Source: Malacoraja senta | Taxonomy: Eukaryota | Length of the DNA: 64,000 bases | Direction of reading: 5' to 3' | Assembly: GCA_038087875.1 (NCBI GenBank) | Contig: CM075994.1 | Coordinates: forward strand, 11,224,001 to 11,288,000 | Translations under genes and position numbers: made by a program | Notes under the pieces: model-generated | Seen by the model: only the letters and a program-made list of their open reading frames with translations | Database searches by the model: none | What the model was told of the DNA's origin: nothing | Shown here: in pieces, positions 22,630-35,572 of the stretch | Numbering within the stretch: the first letter of the stretch is position 1 | Layout of the letters: each line of letters opens with the position of its first letter

Positions 22630-25483
22630 TCTGGTTTAAAAGCATTATATATGAATACGCGATGTATAAGAAATAAAGTGGATGAACGAGGCTCAGTTAG
22701 AGATTGGTATATATGACATTGTGGGGAATACAGATACATGGCTGCAGGAGGATTAGGGTTGTTAACTGAATATTCAGGGTTATACGTCCTTCAGAAAGGA
22801 CAGGCGGGTGGGCAGAGGAGGTGGGGTAGCTCTGTTGGTGAGTGATGAAATGTAGACCCTTGCGAGGGACGACATAGGGACTGGAAATGAGGAATTGTAA
22901 AGGTAAGAAGACACTAATGGGAGATATCTACAGCCCCCCACGCAGTAGCCGGGATATAGGGTGCAAGTTGCAGCAGGAGTTAGAAATGTCATGTAACAAA
23001 GGTAATGCCACTTTGGTTATGGGAGATTTCAATATGCAGACTGGGAATATCAGGTTGAGTCTGCGCCCCAAGAAAGGGAGTTCGTAGAGTGCCTCCGAGA
23101 TGGATTCTTAAAGCAGCTTGTATTGGAGCCTATCTGAGAGAAGGCAATTCTGGATTTAGTGTTGTCTAATGAACCAGATTTAATAAGGGAACTCAAGGTA
23201 AAGGAATCGCTCGCGGGTAGTGACCCTAATATGATAAGTTGTATCTGCAATTCGAGAGGGAAAAGGGTAAATCAGAATTGTCAGTGTTGTATTTGAACAA
23301 ATGGGACTATGAAGGCATGAGAGAGGAGCTGACCAAGGTCGGCTTGAAAAGGATCCTAGCAGGAATGACGATGGAACAGCATTGGCAGGTATTTCTAGGC
23401 ATAATCCAGAAGATGCAGGATCATTTCATTCCAAAGAGGATGAAAGATTCTAATGGGGAGTAAGAGGCAACCGTGGCAGACAAGGGAAGTTAGGGACGGT
23501 AGAACACTCAAAGAAAAGTTGTATTATATCGCAAAGAGTAGAGGAAAGCCAGAGGATTTGGAAACTTTCAAAGGATATCAGAAGGTAACTAAAAGGGCAA
23601 TACGGGGTGAAAAGATGAAGTACGAAGTTAAGCTTGCCAATAATATAAAGAAGGATAGTAAAAAGCTTATTTAGGTGTGTTAAGCGAAAAAGATTAGTAC
23701 AGACACATGTGGGTCCCTTTGAAGACAGAAACAGGTGAAATTATTATGGGGAACAAGGAAATGACAGAAGAGTTGAACAGGGACTTTGGTTCTGTCTTCA
23801 ATAAGGAAGACACCAACAATCTCCCAGATGTACTAGATGACAGAGGATCTAGGAAGACAGAGGAACATAAATACATTTGCATTAGACGAGAAATAATATT
23901 GGGTAGACTGATGAGACTGAAGGCTGTAAAATGCCCAGGGCCTGATGGTCTGGGTATCCCAGGGTACTCAAGTAGGTGGCTCCAGAAATCGTTGACGCAT
24001 TGGTGATCGTTTCCCCATTTTCTTTTGACTCAGGAACTGTTCCTGCGGATGGAGGGTAGCTACAATTATCACAATTTTCAAGAAAGGAGCGAGAGAGAAA
24101 ATGGGGCATTATAGACCAGTTAGCATGACATCGGTGGTTGGGGGGCGGTGCTGGAGTCAATTATTAAAGAAGTAATAACGGCGCATTAGGATGATAGTTA
24201 TAGGATTGGTCGAAGGCAGCGTGGATATATGAAGGGGAAATCCTGCTTGACTAATCTTCCGGAGTTTTTTGAAGATGTGACAAGTAAAATGGATGAAGGA
24301 GAGCCAGTGGATGCAGTGTATCTGGACTTTCAAAACGCCTTTGATAAGGTCCTACACAGGAGAATAGTGGGCAAAATTGGAGCACAATGTATTGAGGGTA
24401 GGGTAAGCCATGGATTGAGAATTGGTTGGCAGGCAGGAAACAAAGTGTAGGAGTTAACGGGTCCCTGTCAGAATGGCAGACAGTGCGACAGGAGTGCCGC
24501 AAGGCTCGGTGCTGGGGCCACAGCTATTTACAATGTACATTAATGAATTGGATTATGGAATTAAAAGTAACATCAGCAAATTTGCTGATGACACAAAGCT
24601 GGGTGGCAGTGTGAACTGCGAAGAGGATGCTAGGAAGTTGCAGGGTGATCTGGACAGGTTGAGTGAGAGGGCAGATGCATGGCAGATGCAGTATAATGTA
24701 GATACATGTGAGGTTATCCACTTTGGAGGCAAGAACAAAGAGGCAGATTATTATATCAATGGTGTCAGATTAGGAAAAAGGGAAGTGCAAAGAGACCTGG
24801 GTTTCCTTGTACACCAGTCATTGGAAGTATACGTGCATTTACCGCAGGCTGCGAAGAAAGCGAATGGCATGTTGGCCGTCATAATGAGAGGATTTGAGTA
24901 TAGGTCCTTCTGCAGTTTTACAGGGCCCTACTGAAACCACATCTGGAGTATTGTGTGCAGATTTGGTCTCCTAATTTGAGGAAGGACATCCTTGCTATTG
25001 AGGGAGTGCAGCGTAGGTTCACAAGGTTATTCCCGGGGGTGGCGGGACTGTCATAAGAGGAAAGATTGGAAAGATGTATTGACTGGAATTTAGAAGGATG
25101 AGGGGTGATCTTGTAGAAACATATACAATTATAAAAGGACTGGACGAGCTAGATGCATGAAAAATGTTCCCAATGTTGGGGAAGTCCAGAACCAGGGCCC
25201 ACAGTCTAAGAATAAAGGTGATGCCATTTTAAACTGAGATGTGAAAAAGGTTTTGCATCCAGAAAGTTGTGAAATTCTCTGCCACGGAAGGCAGTGGAGG
25301 CCAATTCACTGGATGAATTTAAAAGAGAATATGATAGAGCTCGTGGGGCTAGCGGAATCAAGGAGTACTGGGAGAAGGCAGTCATCTGATTGTGGATGAT
25401 CAGCCATGATCACAATCAATGGCGGTGCTGTATCGAACGTCCGAATGGCCTCCTCCTACACCTATTTCTATGTTGCTATGTCT
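22630..25483 (+). mobile_element. CR1 LINE ORF2 (EN plus RT), 5'-truncated, decayed
   Basis: MGDFN, KGKSCLTNL, YLDFQNAFDKV, GVPQGSVLGP, KFADDTKL; CR1 tail. Confidence 0.92.
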
Positions 25484-25774
25484 TCACCATAGTCCTGAAA
25501 AGTTCACTGACAAATTCAGCCACCTGGAAAACCCAGGCGTTACACCACTCCGCAGTCTACTGATAACAAACTGAACATTTAAGAATCAATTCTGGTATGA
25601 ATATCGGGTGGAAGTTTCTTTCGTCTAATCCCGCTGCACAAACTGGAGGGCTACGCCGGCTGCATTTACTGAGAAGCTACATCATAACATTCGCTTTTGG
25701 TCCGTATGATAAAAGCTTGTAAACGTAAACGTACAGCTGTTTGAAATTCGGAAGTTGCTTAAAACATACTGAAG

Positions 25775-25868
25775 ACAGACACTAAATGCTGGAGTAACTC
25801 TGCGGGACAGGTAGCATCTCTGGAGAGAAGGAATGGGTGACGTTTCGGGTGGAGACCCTTCTTCAAAC
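25775..25868 (-). mobile_element. Solo Penelope terminal-repeat fragment with a mutated hammerhead core
   Basis: Minus strand reads tTGAAGA agggtctccaccc GAAA cgtc acc. Related pieces at 36519-36592 and 48213-48367. Confidence 0.65.
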
Positions 25869-27344
25869 ATAGTGATCTCCGCGTTTCTGAAAAAGAAGCA
25901 TTACTTGAGAGAATTTAAGCCCATGTTTCTCTTTCTGGCTTCAATATATTGGAAAAAGAGTAAATAACACAGATGTCAATCATGTGGCTGGAGTGTAGTG
26001 TCTCTGGCATCCACAATCATAACGAGTCTAGAGCCGGTGATCATGGTGCACATTAGTCCAGCCTCAGAATCACCCTTGACACATTACATTTTGCCTACCG
26101 TTCTCGGACACTTCATCGGACGCCATCTCTATGGCGCCACGGTGCAGTCATCTCCAGAACATCTGGAGAAGAAGGCCTCCTATTGTTTGTCTACAGATCC
26201 ACAATCAGTATCACAATCCCAACCAAACCCATCTCCATATTCCTGTAACTTGCAGACATCACGCCCTCCGCCACTGAGTCCCTGACTCGCACACATAATC
26301 AGAAAGGGTAAGCGACAAATCATCGTCCGCGATCATTTTCATAATCGGCGCACAGAAAAGCCGCGTCGTCCGCATCTTACTCTCTCCCTGTACACTTACT
26401 GCTGTGTGACCAGTTCTTGCTCCAACTACATTTACAGGTGTGTAGATAAATACACCGTGGTCAGCCGGATCTTACAAGGAGATTGAGATCTTCGTAGCAC
26501 GATGTGAATGCAACAGCCTCTTCCCTCGTGTCTGAAAGACGAAAGAGCTAGGAATTGGACTTAAGAAGAGGTGGAGTGCATGAATCAATCCGCATCAATA
26601 GTGCTGAGTTAGAAACTAGGTAGGCAGGCAGATGTGTGACAAGAGAGCACGGGAATGAGAATCACATGAAATTGCAAAAGTCATCATTCGGTCCTCTATC
26701 TCACAAGGTATCACTTGAAAAACCATAATTCAATCCGATGCAGAAATACTAAAACAATAACGATTTGTTAACGATGGTACAAAATTAACGATTCACATGT
26801 GTGCGAGTGCATTGGATCACAGGAATTACAAACGGAACATTCGAGTATTTATAAATTGTAATTATAGATTCAACTGAACATTCAAGGGTAGACGTCTTAT
26901 CGAAGACAGACCGGTGCACAGAGTGGGTGTGGTAGCTCTGTTGGTGAGAAATGTAATTCAGTTCCTTGCGAGGGGTGACATAGATTCAGGAGATGTGTCA
27001 GTATGGATAGATCTGAGTAATTGTAAGGGTAAAACGACCCCAATGGGAGTTATCAACAGGCCCCCAAACAGTAGCCTGGATATAGGGTGCAAGTTGAATC
27101 AAGAGTTAAAATTGGCATGTCATAAGAATAATGCTACGGTTGTTATTTGTGATTTCAACATGCAGGTAGACTGGGAAAATCAGGTTGGTACTGGACCCCA
27201 AGAAAGGGTGTTTGAGGAGTGCCTCCGTGATGATTTATTAGAGCAGCTTGTATTGGAGCCTACCAGGGAGAAGGCAATCTTCGATTTAGTGTTGTGTAAT
27301 GAACCGGGTTTGATAAGGGAACTCGAGGTAATGGAGACATTACG

Positions 27345-28386
27345 TAGGTATGTTACAATACTTGCCTTCAGCGGCGCTGTAATTCTGTCACTGGCCGCGT
27401 GCGCGATTTTGGCGCCTTTAAGGGGGGGGCGGGGTTAAAGCGCGGGTTTCTCCTCCCTTGTCCTGAATTATACTTTGTTGGAGTACCAGCTTCTGTGGAA
27501 GAAGCGTTCCGAGTGCCGTTTTGCGTAGTTTGTTTTAAAAATCTCCCAACAAGTTCAGCATTGGAATCATTTTAAAATCATCTTCTGAAGCGTGAACGCC
27601 AACAACGGGGACGGATTTCACACAAGGGAAAGGTAAACGAAAGTGCTTTATTTTAATGTATAAACGTTCTCCTTAAGAGGCCTTTAATTCACATTTTTAC
27701 ATGCGACACGGTGATTTTATTCCCCGAATTAACGGCAGTATTTTTCATGCCAATACGGGGTTAAATTCATCGCAAATGAACGTACCAAAAGATCGCGTTC
27801 CAGAAATCCTCACTCGCAAGATGAATTAAATCCCCATTAATTTACAGGTATTAAACATTCAATTCCTTCCATTTGGCCTGTAAATTCATGAAAATTAGAT
27901 TTAAAAATTATGTTATATTGTGAATTATTGTGTGAATGTTATTTGGACACTTAGGCTATTTAAAAATGTTAATCTATTCTTAAGAAATTGATAGATGTTT
28001 AGATCTAGTAATTGAATTTTGTAATTTGCTACAATTAGGTAACTAACTAATTATATGCTTTACTTTCATGTCTTCGAAGTAAGATTGTTTCATATTTGTT
28101 TCAGAATGCTTCAATCTATAATAAATGAAAATTTCTTTCAGTTATCATAATTTTTAAGAAAGTTATGGGCTTTTAACTGTCCTCGGTCACAGCTTTTGTG
28201 TTAAGTCAATGGAAAAGCAATAGGGAACTAGATGCTAATTTCTGAGTATGATAATGGCCATAACTTTTTTAATACTGAAGATATGAAAGTGAATTAAGTG
28301 TCAAATTAAACTTCTTTTTATGTTTTATCTGATGGGATAAATTACAGACTTTATTTTTAAAATCTCAAAATTTTGTAACATTGCTA
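27345..28386. mobile_element. About 1.04-kb non-autonomous TIR DNA transposon, copy 2
   Basis: TAGGTATGTTACAA ... TTGTAACATTGCTA; flanks cattacg / catcacg. Reverse complement of 8288-9327. Confidence 0.85.
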
Positions 28387-30899
28387 CATCACGAGGAAGT
28401 GAGCAAAATATGACAAATTTTGATCTACAATTTGAGAGAGAGAAGGGTAAATCGGAGGTGGCAGTATTATAGTTGAACAAAGGGGACTATGGTGTCATGA
28501 GGGAGGAGCTGGCCAAAGTTGACTGGAAAGATACCCTAGTAGGGATGGGAGTGGACCCAAAATGACAGGTATTTCTGGGAATAATACAGAAGGTGTACAG
28601 AAGGTTCATTCCAAAGAGGAAGACAGATTCTAAGGGGAAGAAAGGGCGGCCGTGGCTGACAAGTGAAGTCAGGGACAGTATACAAATAAAAGAGAAACAT
28701 TATAACATAGCATAGATGAGCGGGAAGCCAGAGAATTGGGTAACTTTTAAAGAGCAACAGAATATAACTAAAAAGGCAATACGGGAAGAAAATAGGAGGT
28801 ACGCGGATAAGCTAGCTACGAATATAAAGGAGGATAGTAAAAACTTCCTTAGGTATGTGAAAAGGAAAAAATTGTTAAGACCAAATTTGGAGAATTGAAG
28901 ACTGAAAATGGTGAATTTATTATGGGGAACAAGGAAATGGCAGACGAGGTAAACAGGCACTATGGAACCGTCTTCACTAAGGAGGACACAAACAATCTCC
29001 CTGGTGTACTAGTGGCCATAGGATCTAGGGTGATGGAGGATCTGAAAAAATGCACATTAGGCAGGACATGGTATTGGGTAGATAGATGAGACTAAAGACT
29101 GATAAATCCCCAGGGCGTGATGGTCTGCATCCCAGGGTACTCAAGCAGGTGGCGCTGGAAATCGTGGATACATTGGTAATAATTTTACAATGTTCTATAG
29201 ATTCAGGATCAGTTCACGTGGATTAGAGGGTAGCTAATGTTATCCAAAGAGAAAACATGACATTATAGACCAGTTAGCCTGACATCGGTGGAGCGGAAGA
29301 TACTGGAGTCAATTGCAAAAGATCAAATAGCGGCACCCTTGGATAGCAGTAGCAGGATCGGTCCGAGTCAGCATGGATTTATGAAGGGGAAATCATAGTT
29401 GACTAAATTTATGGAATTTTTTGAGGATGTAACTTGGAAAATGGACAAGAGAAAGCCAGTGGATGTAGTGTACTTGGACTTTCAGAAAGCATTTGATAAG
29501 GTCCCTCATAGGAGATTAGAGGACAAAATTAGGGCACATGGTATTGGGGTAAAGAACTGACATGGATAGAAAATTGGTTGGCAGACAGGAAACAAAGAGT
29601 AGGGATTAACGGGTCCCTTTGAGAATGACAGGCAGTGACTAGTGGGGCACCGCTAGGGTCTGTGCTGGGACCGCAGCTATTTACAATAAACTAGACTAAG
29701 TGGGATCCTTTGGGTCCCAGGTACACACGGGGGGCTGGTCCCCAAATGCAATATTCCACCTCTCCACCAATTCCAATATTGGTGGCCATTTGGGGAGGGG
29801 GTCTTTCTGGAGCGCTAGCATGAGTGTTGTGGGCCGAAGGGACTGGTTTCCAGAGGGCTAGTATGGACATTGTGGGCCGAATGGATTCCTGGGCTGGCAG
29901 TTCAGTCACTCAGTCACTCAGGTCTGGCAGTTCAGTCACTCAGGCCTGTCAGTTCACTCACTCAGGCCTGGCGGGCTGGCAACTCAGGCCTGGTGGGCTG
30001 GCAGCTCATTCACACAGAGCTGGTGGGCTGGCAGCTCAGGGCTGGTGGGCTGGCAGCTTAGAAATTGCCAGAAATTCTGCTCAAAACAGGTGAGAGACTC
30101 TGTGAGAGAGAAGAAGGAGAGCGTGGAGAATCAAGTTTAGCCATTTTTCATCAGATCACAGCAATGAAGGAGGAAAGTCTGACCTGGAGTGGATCTCACT
30201 GTGAGCCAATGATGCGAGGGAGAAACATACTGGGGTGAGGTTTAATACTTACGGGGGGAATTCTTACTGATGGGCCGAAGGAACTCCTTCTGGGCTAGTA
30301 CAGGCATGATGTGCCGTATGTACTCATTAAATAAATCAGAGTGAAATCTCATTTAAAGGCACTTTTTCTTGAATTTTCCCGGCCTGGCACATGCCATTTG
30401 GGCCAAAATACTCCTCCTGGGCTAATACGGTCATTTTCGACAAAAGGGAATAGTTTCTGGGCTAATAGGGGCATTGTGGACCGAAATGAGTGGTTTTAGG
30501 TTGGCCAAATGTGGGCAGTCATGTGAGCCACTCACTCGCGGCTGGTGGGCTGGCAGTTGACTCACGGCTGGCGGGCTCACACACAGACCCTCCATCACAC
30601 ACACATACCCTCCACCTCACACACACAATCCATCACACACACACAGACACCCCCATCACACACACAAACATTCATACATACACACACAGCCACACTCACA
30701 CACACACAATATCCATCACACACTCACAGCCACCCTCCATCTCACACATACTGACTCACACACACTCACTCAAACAGACACACCATATACACGACAGTAA
30801 ATCTCTTGAATCTACTCACGCGGCTGAGCGCGGCCTCTCCAACGAGCGGGACTTCCGGAGTGAGCGGGACATTTGGATCAACCGGAGTGCAGGGCCAAC

Positions 30900-33680
30900 A
30901 AGTCAACTCAAGTCAAATCAAGTAAAGTCAAGTCAAGTCAAGCACAGTGAGTGCAGTGCCAACAATCCATTTCAAGTCAAGTCAAGTCAATCCATTTCAA
31001 GTCAAGTCAAGTCGATTCATTTCACATCAAGTCCAGTCAAGTCAAGTCAATCCATTTCAAGTCAATTCAATCCGTCAATCCAAGTCGCTCCAAGTCAATC
31101 GAAGGCAATCCAAGGCAATCCAAGCCAAGCATAGTCAAGTCAAGTAAAGCCAAGCACAGCGCAAGCGGGGCCAACAATACAATCCATTTGCCAACAAAGT
31201 CAATCCATTTCAAGTCAAGACAATCCATTTCAAGTCAAGTCAAGTCAATCCATTTCAAGTCAAGTCAACTCAATCCATTTCAGGTCAAGTCAAGTCAAGT
31301 CGTCCAGCCATTTCAAATCAAGTCAGGTCAATCCATTTTAAGTCACTCCAAGTCAATCCTTGACAATCCACGACAATCAAAGTCAATCCAAGTCGCTCCA
31401 AGCCACTCCAATTCTCTCCTAGTCACTCCACGTCACTCCAAGTCAATCCAAGTCAAGTCAATCCAAGCCAAGCCTAGTCAATCCAAGTAAAGTCAAATAA
31501 AGTCAATCCAAGTCAATCCAAGTCAATCCAAGTCAATCCAATTCAATCCAAGTCAATCCAAGTCAATCCAATTCAATCCAATTCAATTCAAGTCAATCCA
31601 AGTCAATCCAAGTCAATCCAAGTCAATCCGAGTCATCCAAGGCAATTCAAGCCAAGTCAAGTGAAGTCAAGTAAGGCCAAGCCAAACGCAGGGCAGGCGG
31701 GGACAACAATACAATCCATTTGCTTTCATTTCAGGTGAAGCAAAGCAAAGGCAAATCAAAAGCAAAAGCACATGGCAGGCGGGGCCAGCCAACAATGCAA
31801 TTCATTTGCTCTCATTTCAGGACAAGCAAATCTAAGGCAAAGCAAAAGCAAAAGCACAGCGCAGGCGGGGCCGGCCAACAATACTGTCCTGAACGGCTGC
31901 CCGTCCTGCAGCTGTCCGTTTTTTCCCCTTCTTTTTTTATTATTTTTAGTACGTTGAGGGTGCAGTCAGGGGGCCTAATCTTTTTATGTGTGGGGGGTGG
32001 TGGGGGGAAGGGGGAAACTGTTTTTCGAGTCCCTACCTGGTCGGAGGGGTTGCCTTACTCCGAGCAGCGCCTTCGACCCGTCCTCGCGGCCTACCAGCGG
32101 GGCCTGGAGCGGCGTTTCCTGAGGGGACCTGGCCAGAACCTCGGCTTCGGCGGCGGCACAGCGCTGGAGCGCTATCGCGGAGTGGGCGATGCCTTGTCTG
32201 GGTCGCCACGCTGGAACTCCGGTATGCTGGGACCGCCGATAAAAACATCGCGGAGCCGCGGGTCTGTGGAGCGGCCAGCTGCGGGGACCGCCGATAAATA
32301 CATCGCGGGTCTGTGGAGCGGCCAGCTGCGGGGACCGCCGATAAAAACATCGCGGGTCTGTGGAGCGGCCAGCTGCGGGCGGCGGCGCTGACTTTAACAT
32401 CGCGGGGCCTGGGATCTTTCGCCGAGATCGCCAGTATGTGCAGCTCCGTCCAGAGCGGCCTGTTGGCTTGAAAGCCGCGGTCTCCAGTAAGAAGGCGGCC
32501 GTTCCTGGCACCCCAAGCCGCTGAGAGGGTTCTCCCGACGCCGGAGTACCATCACCCGGCGAGAACGGCCAGGAACATCGAGCCTCCGTAGTGGCGACCG
32601 TGGAGGCCTCAATAGGCCCGACTATGGGTGGACATGGGGATGGGGACTGGACTTTGTGCCTTCCCCCACAGTGGGAACCATTGTGGGGGGATGTTTTTAT
32701 GTTTAATGTTAAACTTCTTAATGCTATGTTGTATTTTTATTAGTGTGCTGCAAGGACATCAGAATTTCCCCTGAATAAGGGGATTAATAAAGTAAAAAAT
32801 CAATCAATCAATACAATCCATTTGCTTTCGTTTCAGGTCAAGCAAAGCAAAGACAAAGCAAAAGCAAAATCACATGGCAGGCGGGGCCAGCCAACAATAC
32901 AATCCATTTGCTATCATTTCAGGTCAAGCAAAGCATATCAAGTCAAGTCAAGTTAAGTCAATCCATTTCAAGTCAAGTCAAGTCAATCGATTTAAAGTCA
33001 AGTCAAGACAAGTCAAGTCAGGTCTATCCATTTCAAGTCAAGTCAAGTCAAGTCAAGTCAATTAAATAGATTTCAAGTCAAGTCAAGTCAAGTCAGGTCA
33101 ATCCATTTCAAGTCAAGTCAAGTCAAGTCAATCCAGGTCAATCCAAGTCAATCCAAGTCAAACCAAGTCAAGCCAAGCCAAGTCAAGTAAAGCCAAGCCA
33201 AGCACGGGGCAGGCGGGGCCAACAATACAGTCCATTTGCTTTCATTTAAGGTCAAGCAAAGCAAAGGCAAAGCAAACGAAAAAGCACAGGGCAGGCGGGG
33301 CCAGTCAACAATACAATCATTTTGCTTTCATTTAAGGTCAAGCAAAACAAAGGCAAAGCAAATCAAAAGCACAGGGCAGACGGGGCCAGCCAACAATGCA
33401 ATCAATTTGCTTTCATTTCAGGCCAAGCAAAGCAAAGGCAAAGCAAAAGCAAAAGCACAGGGAAGGCGGTGCCAGCCAACAATACAATCCATTTGCTTTC
33501 ATTTCAGGTCAAGCAAAGCAAAAGCAAAAAGACAGGGCAGGTCAAACAAGTCATTGCATTTTCATTTCATTTCCATTTCCATTGAAGTTTCAAGCACAGG
33601 GCTGGCTAAATTACTCATTGCATTTTCATTTAATTTCCATTTCCATTGCAGTTTCAAGCACAGGGCTGGCCAAACAACTC
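30900..33680. repeat. (CAAGT)n/(CAATCCAAGT)n simple repeats and longer AAAGC-rich units inside Helitron D
   Basis: Directly visible; interrupted by the insert at 31885-32808. Confidence 0.85.
31885..32808 (+). mobile_element. GC-rich non-coding retroposon with a Rex/L2-like 3' stem-loop and (CAAT)n tail
   Basis: TSD caatac (31879-31884 and 32809-32814). Ends aatttcccc..ggggattaataaag..caatcaat. Confidence 0.7.
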
Positions 33681-35502
33681 ATTACATTTTCACTTTGGGC
33701 TAACAAATTATTTATTGCCAATACATTGCAGACTCTCAGTTCAGTTGAATCACAGCTTAGAATCACAGTTAGGGACTCTCCCTCACAATTTTCCAGAGTG
33801 AGTGACTCACGTCCGGCATCCGGGGCTAAATACTCCCGCCCCCCGGAAGGGGCGTTGCCTTCACCATGGTGAGAGGACCAATCAGCTAATCTCACGATTT
33901 TTAAACATTCATATTTTTTTATTTTTCAGCGATCGGAAAAATCTTTGGGGCTGCTGCAGTGGAGGAGGACTGTGAGTAAGATGGCAAAATTCATAGCGAT
34001 ATAGGGTACCGTTTTTTCTAAAAATCAATTAACTACAGAGAGGAAATGGTCAAGATGAGACTTTTAGTATAATGACAGATATTATTAATTCAGATGAATG
34101 GATTACAGGTAACATTAGCAAATTTGCACATGACACAAAGCTGGGTGGCAGTGTGAACTGTGAGGAGGATGCTATGAGAATGGAGGGTGACTTGGACAGG
34201 TTGGTTGAGTGGGCAGATGGCATCGCAGATGCAGTTTAATTTGGATAAATACATTATCCTTCATTGGTAGCAAAATAGGAAGGCAGATTATTCTCTAAAT
34301 GATGTCAAATTGTGAAAACTGGAAGTACAACGGGATCCCGAGGTCCTTGTTCATCAGTCAATGAAAGTAAGCACGCAGGTGCAGCAGGCAGTGAAGAATG
34401 CGAATGGCATGTTGGCCTTCATACAAGAGGAGTCGAGTATAGGAGCAGATAGGTCCTTCTGCAGTTGTACGGGCCCCTAGTGAGATCACACCTGAGTATT
34501 GTGTGATGTTTTGATCTCCAAATTTGAGGAACGACAATCTTGCTATTGAGGGAGTGTAGCGTAGGTTCACAGGATTAATTCCCGGGATGGTGGGACTGTC
34601 ATATGCTAAGAGAATGGAACGGCTGGGCTTGTATATTCTGGAATTTAGACGGGTGAGAGGGGATCTTATTGAAACATATAAGATTATTAAGGGTTTGGAC
34701 ACGCTAGAGGCAGGAAACATATTCCCGATGTTGGGGGACTCCAGAACCAGGGGGGCACTGTTTAAGAATAAGGGGTAAGCAGTTTAGAACGGAGATAAGG
34801 AAACAATTATTTCACACGGAGAGTTGTGAGTGTGTGGAAGCCGGTTTTCTGGATACTTTCAACAGAGAGCTAGATAGGGTTCTTAAAGATAGCGGAGTTA
34901 GGGGATATGGGGAGAAGGCAGGAACGGGGTACTGATTGTGGATGATCAGCCATGATCACATTAAATGGCGTTGCTGGCTCGAAGGGACGAATGGCCTACT
35001 CATGCACCTATTGTCTATTGCCTAAACAGCCACTTTTTTGTTATGTGTTGTGCAATATTTCTGTCACATCTTCAAACTCATTCAGAGTCTCGGTAAATTT
35101 GATTGTTCGCATAATCATAGATATCTCCTCAGATTTTAATTGCACATGATACTTGTAAAACATAAGAGAGTGTGCATATTGCAATTTGTTGGTGCAGCTA
35201 ATGGAGAAAATTCAAAAGAAACCGCATTAAAGCGTTTACAAAAATATTTAAGCTGATAACCGATGTTTGATGTATTGACGATTTCAACAGCAGAAACATG
35301 TCTCTACAGACTACCATTTTAACAGTGATGAAGGGCATGAAACAAACAACCTAATTAACGTGATCGTGATTGAATAATACCAATCTCATAGCGTGTTGAT
35401 TCCACCCTTGAGGTTTCTGTAAAGTATAAGTACGAGCTAACTTTGAAATCGGGAGATCCGTGAGCCTATTGAACTGACTAGAAAGGCATCTTCCAACTAA
35501 AT

Positions 35503-35572
35503 ATGAACAGGCATGCACTCCCGAAGACCGAGAGTATTTACTATCCTATTCTTGCAATCATTGGAGTCCCAG
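35503..35572 (+). CDS. GPR139/GPR142-like class A GPCR, coding exon 1
   Basis: ATG..MNRHALPKTESIYYPILAIIGVP plus G, then a GTAGGT donor (phase 1). The YYP..IGVP motif supplies the first half of TM1 that the downstream ORF lacks. Confidence 0.85.

Larger units (their letters stand above)
29691..34079 (-). mobile_element. Non-autonomous Helitron copy D with both termini
   Basis: A|CTAGACTAAGTGGGATCCTTTGGGTCCCA at 29691; ..cttttagtataatgacaGA|T at 34079. No TSD, and the CR1 resumes after it. Confidence 0.85.
26873..35020 (+). mobile_element. CR1 LINE ORF2, interrupted by a TIR element (27345-28386) and a Helitron (29691-34079)
   Basis: EN and RT segments are colinear across both inserts; tail cctattgtctattg at 35020. 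Confidence 0.88.

Noticed and set aside
30490..33872. Ser/Gln/Lys-rich ORFs
   Set aside because: By-products of CAAGT and AAAGC simple repeats and the GC-rich insert.
35425..35430. TATAAG as the GPCR TATA box
   Set aside because: The position is plausible (about 75 bp before the ATG), but a weak hexamer in AT-rich DNA is not enough without TSS data.
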